From: Basidiobolus meristosporus CBS 931.73
Lineage: Eukaryota > Fungi > Basidiobolomycota
Length of the DNA stretch: 52,298 bases
Reading direction: 5' to 3'
Assembly: GCA_002104905.1 (NCBI GenBank)
Contig: MCFE01000620.1
Coordinates: 1 to 52,298, forward strand
Part shown: piece by piece, positions 36,977-50,385 of the stretch
How the letters are laid out: each line of letters begins with the position of its first letter
How positions within the stretch are numbered: position 1 is the first letter of the stretch
The notes under the pieces: model-generated
The model's database searches: none
The model's input: only the letters and a program-made list of their open reading frames with translations
Told to the model about the DNA's origin: nothing
Translations under genes and position numbers: made by a program

Positions 36977-39900
36977 CCCTATCAGAATTTATTGAGATGA
37001 TACCATCAAAGGGCCATCACAAATTTAAAGTTTCATGACTAAGAGGTACTGGTCCTGTCAGGACACCATGCAGAGACTGTTGAAAAATAAATGCACCCCA
37101 GATTTCACAAAGAGCTTAGTCAAAATTTCTTAACACAACAGTATATTAATGGCTTTTGATTGGTTCCCTGGCAATTTGCTCACTTTCTGATCCCAGACAC
37201 TCAATCACCTTCTATGTTTGTGTACAGTGATTGTCTACTGCCTCTTTCTCATACTCCTACTTCCAGACTTGACCATTTCTGTTACTATTTATGTATCCAA
37301 ATTGATATAATTCCATTGAAACTTCATTTGCACCTCAATTTCCAGTTGTATTGACCAATACTAGCCCCTACACCCTGCACTAACATTAAGTTTAACTCAA
37401 CACTCTACAAGTAACTCCGTTAAAATCCACCCCTTGGTAAATATTTCTGCTGTGAGGCACAGCTTACATGACTCCGGCAGGAACTCAATTGCTTTATGCC
37501 ACTGCTTCTTCACTGGTTGCCACACATCCTGGTCTCCAGCTGGAACACAAGGTCTAACACCTCATCAGCCAGACTTTGCAGTTAATCCTTGCAATATTCA
37601 AATGTGTTTTCTTGAGCACTGCTCTTGAGGAAGTGCTGCCATCACTTGGTGTGTTGATTGATGTTCCAAAATTCCACCAGGGGATTGTGATAGTCTTTTG
37701 AGCTCTTGACATTGTAGCCTTGTCTGTAAGTAAAATCTTGAGTCTGTCAACAATTGAAGATGTAGAGGCTGTGGTAGATCAGTTACCTTTTCCAGCAGAC
37801 TGATTTACCTTGCTGGAGTGTAGCTCAACCGCCTCTGCTTGCAACTCTTATGAAAACAGCTGTTTTCTTGTGGATAATCATTCTTGGCTTTGATGGGATT
37901 CAGTCTGGTCCAGATTACATCATTAATTGGCAACAACAACAATTTCATTTGTATGCTCTCCTGTCTCAGGCTTGGGTAGACCTTTTTTGCTTTACCTTTT
38001 CCTTTAACACTGCCAGCTCTTTCACTGCTACTTTGTCTGAGTGCTTCTTGTAATGATCTACTTTTCTCTTTGATGAATTCTGCTTTGATGCATCTGTCTT
38101 GGCCTGCTTGTCCCTTGCTGGCACTCTCCTAGCTATTTGACATTTGCTTACCGCTTCTTCTGAGCTCTCAGACAAATTTGTGATGTGCTCCTAAGAAAGC
38201 TACTGGTTCTTATCACTGCCGGGTCCTTCACTGCTACTTTGTTGAGTGCTTTTTGAGTGGCACTATGCTTTTTCCTTGATAAATATTGTGCTAATGCATC
38301 TGTGTTTGACTGCTTGTTCCTTATTGATTCTCTTCCAGCTACCTGATGTCTCTTTGACACTTGTTTGGGGCATTTGGCTCTGCTTGTACTGCGCTCTTGA
38401 GGAAGCTGCTGGTTTTTAGCTATGGCACCCTTGTTAGTCTGACTTTGATAGTCACTGCTATTCTTATGATTTTTTCTTAGCATACCAATGCGGGCCTAAA
38501 ACCCATAAAAAACATTGCTTGCTTAAGTCCAAGATAATGCTCATGGATCATACCAAGCACATTCTGCTTGAACTTGAGCTCCTGATGGTCCCATGGTATA
38601 TCAGGCTTAAGATGATGTCATGGTAGACTTTAGATAACTCTTAAGTATTAGCCCACTCTTCATTGTTGTATTCAACAGCTTCATGATTCTTCAATGTCTT
38701 TTGATTATTAGGTTTGATATCAGCACCACATTATCTCCCTCTCATGCTGTGAAATGTTTTTCTGTGGGCATTACCTTTGGGCACTTTTGTTGTGCTACAA
38801 AGACTGTGCAGCTTTCCTCTGCTGTTAAATTGGGAAATGGCTTAATACTTGCCTGTGATATTGAGCTACTTGAGCTCCTTCCTAGCAGCAAAGATAATTC
38901 TTTCTCTACCTTGGATATGTTGAAATAATTAGGAGTCCATCTAATTATTAATAAATTACGAACTAGCACTTAGTGAAATGATATATTTCAGATTATCAAC
39001 ATGAAAATTAGGTTGGAAGATATTTACTAATTATTAGGAATTAGAGAAGTACAGAATTTTAGGAAAATCTGAAACTTGTCCAAATGAGCCAAAACTTGGC
39101 ACATGTACTCCTGAGACTCCCCTAATAATGACCAAATAGTTGCATTTACGTAGTTCTGCAATAAGTATAAATACTGTGTTGCAACTCAATAAAACATCAA
39201 GTGAATATCATGTAAATCTTCTAATTCTCCAATTCACTTCCAATATATCTCTCTAATATTTCAACAGGATATTCATTGCTCTACACATATTATCCACTCA
39301 TACTGTATCTGGCCCAGCTTCTTGCAGTGAATGTCAAAGCAATCCGTTATCCAACCATTCTTCTGTGGCCATCAGCAGTGGGCTATGATCAAGAATGAGA
39401 CTACTCTGCATTATTTTTTTGGCAGCATATATATGGAAGTGAGTCAAACCAAAGGGGAAGTATTGTCACATATATGTGGGTATGTGGTACCACAACTGTA
39501 TTTATAATGCTAACTATGCCAGGTCATCATTGAATCTTACATTCATATAGGTGCAATGTCTCAATTATAGGACTGGCTTAAATTCACATGAGTATTGACC
39601 AAAAAGTGAAATAATAGCATTATGTTAATGAAGGTTTACCTGAATATGTATTTATTTAGGTGGTTTTCTGAAGCCATTCCTACCAAGAGTACATCAGAAG
39701 TAATGGGAGTCATATATGGACATTGTAGGAATATTTATCCAGAAGCAGATCAGCAATGCCAACTTGACACATCTGCAGCTGCTGTGCAAGTGGCTTGTAG
39801 TGGGATTTGAGCAGCTATACCACAAACAGAAAGCTGAGCATGTAGATCACTGTTGCTGGTGTATCCATTCACTACTCAATCTTGCTTAGTGTGTGGAGAA

Positions 39901-41088
39901 TAATTAGCCTAGCTTCACCTTTTGGGAGTTTCCTATGGAGCAGATGAGTGGCAAGATAGAAACATAAGTTAAGTTAGAGGTACTACTATATCACAATCTC
40001 ATCAATAAAATTACTTTCAAGTCTGTAATGGATGTGATGAGTTGGTAAATGGATGACAGCCAGCAAGAGTTGGAAAACACTGAGGACAAATGTGTACATG
40101 GAGACACCTATGCTTATGGCATTCAGAACCTAAGCAGCCCAATGTGTGTGTAATCAGTTCAATAATGCAGAGTTGGGTTGGGTGTAACAAGCAACTAATT
40201 TTTATTAGGACAGCTCTACCAAAGAATTCTGGGTTTCTCTTGTCACAAGCCAACTTCTACACCACTCAGTACAGAATTCACACAAAAAAATGCCAGAGCA
40301 CACCTATAAGGGGGACTAGAATCCAGCAGGGAGAGGAAAACATTGGCTATATGCCAAGAAGGTCTTTGCAGATAATCAGGAGTTATGCCTGCAGAAGTGG
40401 CAGCAACCAAGCATCTGTTTGCAAGATCCATATGTTACCAGCAGTGCAAGGTATATGGCAACTTTGCAACTATCACACTAATAAGCTGTAAAATTGAGGT
40501 GACAGAAGTATGTCAATTGCGGGAGGTGAGTGTTTGTAGAGGCTAGTAAGCAGGAGGCCATAGTTCTTTTTGATTTGTACTAAATGTTCAATACCCAAGG
40601 TAGCAGTAGATGAACAAATAAAGAGGGGTGACTCTACAGTGCAATATGTGGGTTGCACATGTGGAGGTAGAGAAAGTAAGTAGAATTTGGTAAATTGGTA
40701 CAGTAGCATTGCACAGAAGTAGCTGTAGGCCACAATACTGCTACAATAATGCCATCAGAAACATGTAATGAGGCCATCAAACAACATCAAGTTTTTTGCC
40801 ATATAAGGTAACTGAATGTACTAGCCAGCTAGATCCATTTAAAAAAGCTGTAGTGAGCATTAACACCGTGACAATGCTGCTCAATTATTGCTAAAGCACC
40901 AATTAAACCCCACCAAGTTCTTAACTTTATTTGGCAGTAAAATTAGCCAAATGTTGTTGTGATCCCATCATAAGATTGTTAACAGGGTCACTAACTCCAA
41001 GCTATTAGTATTATGATGGTCTCCAAATGGGATCCCAATGGCTGATCTGGATTGGATCCACTGCAGGACCAAGTTATATTTTGTAGGG
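36977..41088 (+). mobile_element. CACTA/CMC copy 3, internally deleted, both termini present, 3-bp TSD CAA/CAT
   Basis: CCCTATCAGAAT at 36977 and ATTTTGTAGGG ending at 41088. Contains the accessory ORF (minus, ~37480-39310), part of the intergenic region and only the transposase C-terminus (plus, ~39637-40650). Confidence 0.9.
38918..39266 (+). repeat. Solo LTR (Copia-like, 349 bp) with 5-bp TSD GGATA
   Basis: TGTTGAAATA...TATTTCAACA; GGATA at 38913-38917 and 39267-39271; GTATAAATACT at 39165. Confidence 0.95.
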
Positions 41089-44000
41089 CATGAAATTATA
41101 CATTTCCAAGCGCAACAGCAGAGGAATACAGTATGCTCTTTGTAGCACAACTACAGTGCCCAAATATAAAGCCCACAGAAAAACCTTTTACAGCATGGGA
41201 GGGAGACAATGTGGTGTTTATACCAAAGCCTAAAAATCAAAAGACATTGAAGATCCATGAAACTGCCAAGTGCAATGATGAAGAGTGGGCTATTATTCAA
41301 GAAGACATTGGAAGTCTAGCACACCAACACCTTGAGGGTGGCATACCATGAGACCATCAGGAACTTAAGGCCCAGCAGAACGCACTTGACTTGCTCCAGG
41401 AGTATTGTGCTGGATTCAAACAAGCAAATGAATCACGGGCCAGCATTGAAATGCAAAGAAAGTATATCCAGAATAGCAGAAACTATCAAAGGCAGAAGAT
41501 CAGGTGTGTAATGACTAAAAGCCAGTGGCTTCCTCAATAGCCAGTCACAAGCAGGGCCAAAAGTTCTAAACAAGTGTCAAAGAGACATCAGGTGGCCAGA
41601 AGAGTGCTAATAAGGAAAAAGCAGGCAGACACAGATGCACTACCACAACATTTACCAAGAAAAAAGCATAGTTCTACTCAAGAAGCACTCAGGCAAAGTA
41701 ACAGTTAAGGATCTGGCAGTAGTGAGTACAAATGTGGTACCTCAGGAGCCCATCTCTCCATGAGCCAAGAGCTCAAGACAAGGGGGAAAGAAACATCATG
41801 TTGCTTGCAGAGTGCCAGCAAGTGACAAGCAGGCAAAAACAGATGTATCAGAGCAGCATTTATCGAGGAGAGAATGTAGTTCAATACCAGAGGCACTCAG
41901 ACTTACTAGCAGTGAAAGACCTAGCAGCAATAAAGGAGCAGGTAATGGGGAAAGTCAACCCAAGCCCAAGTCAGGGAAGCGTGAAAAAATGCTGCAGTTC
42001 TTACCAAATAATGCTGTAAGCCTGGAACAGACTGAGTCCACTCATAGCCAAGAGGAACTACCTACAAGATAACTGCTGTTTTCACAAGAGTTGGAAACAC
42101 AGCCAGTAAGGATATGCTCCTGTGAGGTAGATGAGTTTGCAGAGAAGGGCAACTTGTTTACAACTGCCTCCATATCTACCCTTGTTGACAGACAAAGAAA
42201 CATCATCAAGAACCCAAAATGCTATTGCAATGCCTTTGGTGCAATTTGGAATATTAATAGGTACAGAAGTGCCAGCTGAAGACCAGGATGTATGGGAACC
42301 AGTGAATGAACAATTGCTCTAAGTGGAAACATTCCTGCCAAAGTCATGGAAACAGAGCATTACAGCAGATATACTAATTGGGTGGTGGTTTTTAATGGAG
42401 TTACTTGTTGAGTGTGGGGTTGGGCTTAATGTCAGTGTGGGGTACAGGGACTTGTAAAGGTAGATATAGTTGAATTTGAGGTACAATTGAACTTTCAACA
42501 GAAATATGTCAATTTTTATGTACTAAAAGTAATAGAAATGGATGAGTCTGGTAGTAGGGAGTGTAAAAATAGGCAATAGCCAATCAATGCACACAAATAC
42601 AGATGATACAGTGTCTGGGACCAGAAGTGAGAAAATTGGCCAAGAACCAATCAAATGTCAATTTTGCATTGTTGTGATGTGATTTTGTACCATGCTTTCT
42701 GTGAAAACTGGGGTGCAGTTATCTTTGAATCATCATTGCATGGTGTCTTGATGGAACTAATACCTATTAGTCATGGGATTTAGAATCTGTGATGGCCATT
42801 TGCTACAATCATTACAACTGTTTTTCATAGGGATATCTTCTTGAGTGAGAATACTGTGCATTGATAAGTTTCCCAACTACTTTACCTATTCTGCTGTTTG
42901 CTCCCACATATGACTTCCCAATATATTTACCTGCCAATATGCTGAATCTCTTTAGATATGCAAATGAATGCCCTACACTCACTCTGAAATGATTAAAGTC
43001 TCATTTTGGAACTTCTGCTTGAAACCTCCCTCCCAAAGACAGAAGAAGCATCCCTCAAGATGTCCAAAAATGAAGAATGGAGGAATGCTATGCAGCAAAT
43101 CCTGCCCTCACAGCAACAGTTACTCCAGATCCTTAGCCTGCAGCAGCAAGGAATGGCTACCAAGGCCAAAAGCTAGCAAAACCCTATCAAGAGCAACTTT
43201 AGTGTGAAGGTCAACCAGTACCATGGTAGAGTCAATAAACACCTGGGATCTTGGCACTTCCAAATTGAAGAAGCTCTCAAAGTTAAGGGAATTGCTCCAG
43301 AAAGCAAGTTACACTCTGTAGCCTCCTACCCGGCAGATACAGCCTTATGGTGGCGCCACAACAAGATCAGGTCAGCCGCCATGATGGGATGCTCTACAAT
43401 CTCTACATGGGATGAGTCTGTGTCAAAAATTCAGGATGCTTTTGAACCTCCATGCCAGCAGACACTACTAAGAGGAAAGTCAAAGAGACTCAGGCAGAAA
43501 GGAATGGTTCCAGAGTACATCTATGAGTACAGATGTCTACTTGAACAAATTGAAAGAATGGACCACTTGGATCAATTGGGATACTTTATTGATGGATTGA
43601 AGAAAAAGCTTGCAAGGAAATGAATTATTGAAGACCCCAGACTATTGAAGAAGCCATCAAGATTGCCATTGACTATGACTCAGCTATGATTAGAGTTGGG
43701 AAGCCCACAATTATCAATCAGAGAGGCTACAATCATTGTGAAAGGAGACAATCAGAAGCAGTGCCAATCAAAGTAGAAGCTATGCAGAAGAATCATACCT
43801 CATTAGATTGTAAGAAGAAAGGACTTTGCTTCAATTGCCACCAGCAGGGATCTATTGCAAAGTACTGCCCTAAAAGAAGAAATGGACACTAGCCATCAAG
43901 AACCTTCAACCATACTGAAGCCCTTGAGCATAGTAACATGGAGGATGAACTTGAAGAAGACTCAGAACTCACCTTCCAAATGACAGAAGAATACCTATCC

Positions 44001-45115
44001 CAGATGACCTCAATCTCAGGAAAGCCATTATACTTGAATGGAGTTATCAATGGAGTACCGGCCAAGATCATGATGGACTCAGGAGCATGGCATGAGTACA
44101 TGTCAGAGCAATTTGCTTTGAAAGCTGGAATCAACTCAGAACCTGCCAAATCAACTTCAGTCTTAACAGCTGATGGGAGCTCTCATACAATCATCCGCAT
44201 TATTCAGCCAGTAAGGATAAAGATCAAAGACTATGAAGAAGACCCAGAGGCTTATATATTTGGGAACTGCAAGTTTGACCTTGTACTTCAAAAAGCCTGG
44301 CTACTTTGTTGTAATCAATCAATCAACTGAAGATCCCATGCTACTCAGATCCAGAAGGAGAACAAGATCTATGCGCTACTACATGCCAGACTATATTTCA
44401 ACTTGGTCAATTCAAGTGTGTGTGAAACAAGTGAGCTTAGCAAGACTCAGTTCTACTGAGCACTTAGAAAAGGCACCCAGATGTTCCTCATGGCAGTATT
44501 ACAGGAGGATTCTTCAACTCCAGTACCCCAGAAGGTCAGAACTCTTTTGAAGAAATATTTGGACATATTTCCAGATGAACTTGTAAGCCTACTACCAGTC
44601 AGAGATGTTGATCATGCCATTGACACAGGAGATAGCCCGCCAGAGAGTAAGACACCTTACAAATGAGGCCATTAGAATTGCAAGAGATGAAGAGACAAAT
44701 AGATCAGTTGTTAGAGTAAGGAAATATCAGACCCAGCATGTCACCCTGGGGAGCACCAGTGCTTTTATGAAGAAGGATGGAACACTTAGGATATGCATTG
44801 ACTACAGCACCCTCAACTCAGTTACTGTGAAGAATAAGTACCCCATACCTTGGACTGATAAGTTTTGAACCAACACACTCAAGCCACTATATTCAGTAGG
44901 ATTGACCTCATACCAGGATACAACCAGATTAGTGTGAAGCCAGAAGACATCCCTGAGACAGTATTCAGGACCAGATATGGACATTACAAGTACTTAGTCA
45001 TGAGTATTTGCCTTGCCAACACCCCTGCAACACTCATGACCCCAATGCAGACTGTCTTCCAGGAGTACTTAGCCAAGTTTGTAATAATCCATCTAGATGA
45101 CATATTGACATACTG

Positions 45116-45484
45116 TGTTACAAGTCTTGGTATAAGAGTTGTAGAGGAATAGGGAGTTTAGCTAGTATTGTATTCACTAAAACTTGAACTGATTTTTATT
45201 GAGGTTCCAGCAGCTCCTTATATACATTTTGCCAGAACAATTGCTGACTAAATGTATTTCCCAATGTAGGTTGTGGCTGATGACTCATTTGATTGCATCA
45301 TCATCACCCAATAAGATCCTACTTAATATATCTATTTCTGTCTGATAAGGATCTGGTAATTCATTTGCTGACTAATGCTACTGATTTCATAGATAATACT
45401 GATATACTGATAATCTAAACATATACTAATTGATTTGACTAAAAAACTGATCTAACTTAAACATTCAAGTGGCAGATCATAACA
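45116..45484 (-). repeat. Solo LTR of the G3 family inserted antisense into the G3 RT; 4-bp TSD ACTG
   Basis: Reverse complement of 47571-47939; ACTG at 45112-45115 and 45485-45488; the empty site reads TYCKT. Confidence 0.95.
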
Positions 45485-47570
45485 ACTGCAAGACAGAAGA
45501 GGATCAAGTGGTGCACATTGATAAGGTGTTGAAGAAGCTAAGAGAGAACAAACTACAAGGTAAGCTAGCAAAGCATGAATTCTTCAAGGAGCACGTTGAA
45601 TCTCTGGGACACATAGTGACTAGCACAGCAATGACCTTAGACCCTAAGAAGGTTGAAGTTATCAAATATTGGAAGCAGCCCCATAGCATATTAGAACAGA
45701 TCATTCCTAGGAATGGTTTCCTACTATTGGAGATTTGCCAAGTCTAGTGCAAGTATTGCAGCCCTGTTAACTGATATCCTCAGGAAAGACAATACCTATA
45801 AGTGGGACATAGCTTGTGAGACTGCCTTCCAGACATGTAAGAATGAACTTGCTAAGCTGCCAAGCTTAAGAATACCTGACTTCAGAAGAGAGTTTACTCT
45901 GTGTACCAGTGCTTCAGATTATGCAACTGGTGGAGTGTTGAGCCAAGAACACAAGGAAAAGGGCTACCCTGTTGCCTTTGAATCCAAGAAACTGAAGTCA
46001 GCAGAACAAAACTATCCAGTGCATGAGCAGGAAATGCTGGCTATAATACACTGCTTGATGACATGGAGATGTTATATAGAAGAAGTCAAATGCACCATGA
46101 AGACTGACTATGCCTGCCTCAAGTATATATATATATACTCAGAGGGTACTCTCTAATGAATGAGAAGATGGAGTGAATACATTCAGAATTTTGATTTAGA
46201 GATTGTCTACTGCCCTGGGAAAAGCAACATGGTTGCTGATGCCTTATCAAGATTAGAACATGTTGCTAAACTCAACTTGGTGTATGAAGCAGATTGGCCT
46301 AGGCTATCACCATAGTACTTGAAGGGCCAAGCCATTCCCAATGAGGTGGATGAAGAGATCAAGAAGGTTGTCCAGAATGAAGCCACCAAACTTGTGGTAC
46401 AAGATGAAACACTCTACAAGGTTGTTAATGGAAGCCCTATTGCCTATTGCCCCTATATTGCTTGCCTGGATTTTATACATAAAATGCACAATGTATATGA
46501 ACATCTTGGAACTGAAAGAACCTATAGCCTTGTCAAAGCCAGAGCATGGCAGCCCAGAATGAAACAAGACATTGAGAAGCTAGTGAAAACATGCTCAAAT
46601 TGCCAAATCAACCAAAGCCAACTACAGAGAATTGCTGAACTCTTTTCCTTGGAGCCAGTAAGACCATTTGAAAGATGAGGAATTTACTTTATTGAAAGAC
46701 TACCAAATACCAGGAAATGCAACTGTTGGATCCTAGTAGCAATTGACCATGTCACCAAATGGCTAGTGGCTAAAGCAGTACCTGTATCCAGTGAACAAGA
46801 AATTGCAAGTTTCATATACCATTAGATCCTTATGAAGTTTGGATGCACTGTAGAGATTATATCCAATAGAGGAGCAAACTTTATGGCAAAGACATTAGAA
46901 GCTTACCTGCAAATGCAGCATATCAGACACTTGAAAACCTTGGCATGTCACCCTGCAACTAATGGAGTCACTAAGTGGTTTAATGGATTATCTGGAAAAA
47001 TGCTGACCAAGTATGCAAATGGAGCTGTCAGTAGATGGGATGAGTATATAGACCAAGCACTGTTTGCATGCAGAGTTAGAGTAAACAACACCACCCAACA
47101 ATTGCCATTTTACTTGGTGTATGGATGTGAGCCAAGGATTCCAGGAGATCTCACAGAATCAAAGCTTGGAGATGCCTTACTAGATGAACTCTGTCAGCCT
47201 AGTAGACATCAGCAGCTGAAACAAAGATGTCAAGAGGTATAGGCCAAAGTATCTCAAATTGCAGAGAAGTTCAAGCAAAGATTTGATAAGACTATATCAC
47301 AAGAATCATTGACAGTTGGGAACTTTGCATGGCTGAGAACCAATACTCAGAAGAGGTTGGAGCCACAATGGATAAGACCTTTTAAGATCATCAGAGAATG
47401 TCCATTTACAACTTACCAGCTAGTGGACAAACAAGGGAATATCTGGGAAGATTTAGTTCATAGAGACAGACTCAAGCATGCAAGACTTGCCAACAATACT
47501 GAACCATGAAGATATTGGTATCATATGAAAAGAGAATCAAGAGAACCCTCTCAACTTTGGTAGGGGAGAA

Positions 47571-47939
47571 TGTCATGATGTACAGCTTGAATGTTCAAAT
47601 TAAATCAACTTTTAGTCAAATCAATTAGTTATATCTTTAGCCTATCAGTATATCAATGTTGTCTATCAAATTAGTAGCATTAGTCAGCATATGAACCAGC
47701 AGATCCTTAGCAGACAGGAATAGATATTTTAAGTAGGATCTTATTAGGTGATGATGATCCAATAAATGAGTCATCAGCCACTACCTACATTAGAAAATAC
47801 AATTAGTCAGCAAATGATCTGGCAAAATTGTATATAAGGAGCTGCTGGAACCTCAATAAAAATCAGTTCAAGTCTTGGTGAATACAATACTAGCTAAACT
47901 CCCTATTCCTCTACAACTCTTATACCAAGACTTGTAACA
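47571..47939 (+). repeat. 3' LTR of G3 (369 bp)
   Basis: TGTCA..TAACA after the PPT; contains TATATAAG and AATAAA. Confidence 0.93.
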
Positions 47940-48600
47940 CCTATGAGCTGTAACACTTCACTATCTCTGACAATCCTCCCATATTCAAGCTAGTCTGCCA
48001 TGAGTAGCTCCCATATACTAAATCTGGATGATTCTTTACCAAAAGTGCTTTGCCATGCCTACTTTCAGCAAATGGCCCACCAAACCAGATGATGCTGCCA
48101 TCAGTGTTAAACAGTGCTTGACACTTCACACAGTGTGTCTTGTGTTTGCCAGAATGAACATGGCTCTGCCCCCTAAAATGTATGTTAATCCTGACTAGGA
48201 AGGTTTCAAATACTCTTGGTATGGAACCTATTGCTAACATTCAGGGATATGGAGGTCTATTGGAGCTTCTGAGCCTTATTCCAAGCTTGTTCAAGATCAC
48301 TCACACCCTCTGTATGGATGTTCTTCATTGCTCTCAACTGGGATTGAAAGCTTCTAGGACCTTTGCTGACATGAATGGTAGTATGAGACCTTGAAGGGCA
48401 GTAGCTCTTTTGATAGCATAGAAGCTTCACAAGGGATTTCCTTGAGTAAATCGGAGTGGATTGTCAACAGCACTTGGTATAGATATCCTCTGGTACATTA
48501 AAAGAAATCCAGTAGAAGTGATGATATTGTTCAGTAAGAAATCTGCAGCTGAAGTGATCAGATCTGTGTCAATGCAGTCAAAGAGGCATCATCCATAATA
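47940..48600 (-). pseudogene. PIF/Harbinger-ISL2EU-like DDE transposase relic, cut by G3
   Basis: ORF 47941-48240: HSGKHKTHCVKCQAL..DGSIIWFGGPFAESRH resembles the DDE_Tnp_4 pattern YSGKHK.H..K.Q....G.I.....PF.GS.HD. The upstream boundary is uncertain. Confidence 0.65.
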
Positions 48601-50149
48601 TATGAAATGTTCCACTGTCACTTCAGTTTTCATATATACTTCTTGTAAGACCAGATCAATGCTAAATTACTGCTGTATAGATATCCAACTCTGTCACTAT
48701 GGTCCTTGTACCAAGTCTCAGCTCATCTTCAGTACCACCCATAAACTACCCAATCCCCAGCTCACTAGTGTGATCCAGACTGAAGAAGACAATGTTGGTT
48801 CTATTTAAGCTCCTGCCAAATGATATCAGTATAGCTCTAGTGTCTATAATAAGCCTTGATGCAGATATTTAGTCTCTACTTATTAATACAGCAGAACTAG
48901 TGATCTCAGAGAGTCAGCAGCACTGGAAGATCTTAAGTAGTAAGCTGTAACAGAGTTCTACATCAAAATGCCAGTAGATATATGCAACATTTATAACAGG
49001 ACAAGTATTGAAATATAAAATGAGCTGGGAGTGAGGGGATATGCTGAGGAAGCTGCATGGAAACTATTCCACACACAACTTGCATAGTACAGACCAGGCA
49101 TATCAGTATGTGCCTCAGCTTTGGGAGCCAAAGAGATTTTGAATGAGTTGTTGCCTCAAATGTGCAATGCACTGCTTGAGATATTAGTAGAGCATGATGG
49201 CTTCTAAGAGCATTATACCCAGGACTCATCAAGGCAACAGCTCCAAAGTGATTAGCAGAGGGTAAGTGAATACCTTGACAAATCAGAGGGTGAGCTTTAA
49301 GTGGAAGAATACAGACCGCAGGCATCTGTGTCTTGATTGTGCCAGCACACCTTGTTGGATTCCTTACCATCCCTTGCAATGTTAGAGCACCTGCACATGT
49401 CAGTCCAGTCTTTTGCAAAACACCTTTCACAAGAGTGCTGTACACTAGGTTGACACATTTTGGGTCAGCATGTGCAGCTCAGAATAAAGCTACCAGAACT
49501 TGCTAAACTACTCAAAGCTGACTACAAGTACACAAGTAGCCAAGATGATAATCAAGAAGGAAGTAGTGTAGTTGTGCAAAGTGAATAACTACCAAATGCT
49601 GCAGTAGTTATCCTTGTGAGAAAAAACCTAGGAGAAGTTGATGCAGTTGCACAGAATTGCTATCACTTGTTATGATCTAAGCAACAGACGTTTCTTGTAA
49701 TTTGAATTAGACCACTGCAAACCAGTTATCACTAAATTTTTAATAAAAGCAACTGATAGGTTGTGTCACATTGGAGGCAGAGCCCCTATAAATAAGCACC
49801 CTGTATACTTATACATCATCTGTAATACCAGTGCAGCTGTTCAATTAGTCTTGCATCTACCCAATTGGCTGTGTGCTAGCTATGACAGCTAGTCCAATCA
49901 CTAATATGAGGTATCAACTTGCTCAACTGGCAAAAAGGAATATATAATGACTAGCCAGGGAGCTTGTGTTTCAGTTAATGAGACTATTGAGGGCTCACAA
50001 CTTCATATACTTTTGGGTAAATCAATCACTGACATACAATCCAATTGGAGTGATGATGACCAGAATGATAGGTATCAGTGTAGTTTATAGCATGATACAC
50101 ATTTATTTCCATTTACATTAAGGAAGCATATACATATTCCAGATCTTAC

Positions 50150-50385
50150 CTACTGGGACAGCGGTACAGAATGAGCCTTGGGAAGAAGAGTTGAAGCAAA
50201 CAAAGAACACTTGTACATCTTCCCATGGCCTATTCCCCATAATGAAGGTACTAGAGCAAACCAAGGCAACCCTCCCAATAACCAATTTACTGGGACTTGC
50301 CCCAGCTCTAGTCAAGGGGCTAATAGAGGGATTGAAGGAGATAATGGCCCTTCATGTCACCAAGATGGCTAGGGTTTGATACCCC
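50150..50385 (+). pseudogene. Possible Gypsy gag-protease linker fragment
   Basis: LPITNLLGLAPALVKGLIEGLKE resembles the helix preceding the protease in some fungal Gypsy polyproteins; short and unanchored. Confidence 0.3.

Larger units (their letters stand above)
36560..42400 (+). pseudogene. Accessory ORF of copy 2, split into 36560-36976 and 41089-42400 by nested copy 3
   Basis: ORFs 36499, 41133, 41812 and 42131 are collinear with the copy-1 accessory ORF. Confidence 0.75.
28070..42832 (-). mobile_element. CACTA/CMC copy 2 (outer host): CCCTA end at 42832, accessory ORF on plus, Tnp2 on minus; interrupted by Gypsy G2 and by CACTA copy 3
   Basis: Reverse-strand terminus CCCTATGAAAAACAGTTGTAATG..CATCACA. 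Removing both inserts (with TSDs GCATC and CAA/CAT) restores continuous reading frames. Confidence 0.85.
42833..47939 (+). mobile_element. Ty3/Gypsy G3 (no chromodomain), 5' LTR missing, 3' LTR 47571-47939
   Basis: Retrotrans_gag-like ORF 43204, CFNCHQQGSIAKYC knuckle, MMDSGA protease, HLDDIL RT, SASDYATGGVLSQ RNase H, SNRGANF integrase, PPT GGTAGGGGAGAA. Confidence 0.93.

Noticed and set aside
46124-46137. (TA)n run in the G3 RNase H
   Set aside because: It is a short slippage expansion with no sign of an insertion.
48963-49445. 160-aa minus-strand ORF as a protein gene
   Set aside because: Its Cys/His-rich, acid-poor composition and lack of motifs fit an antisense shadow or chance ORF.
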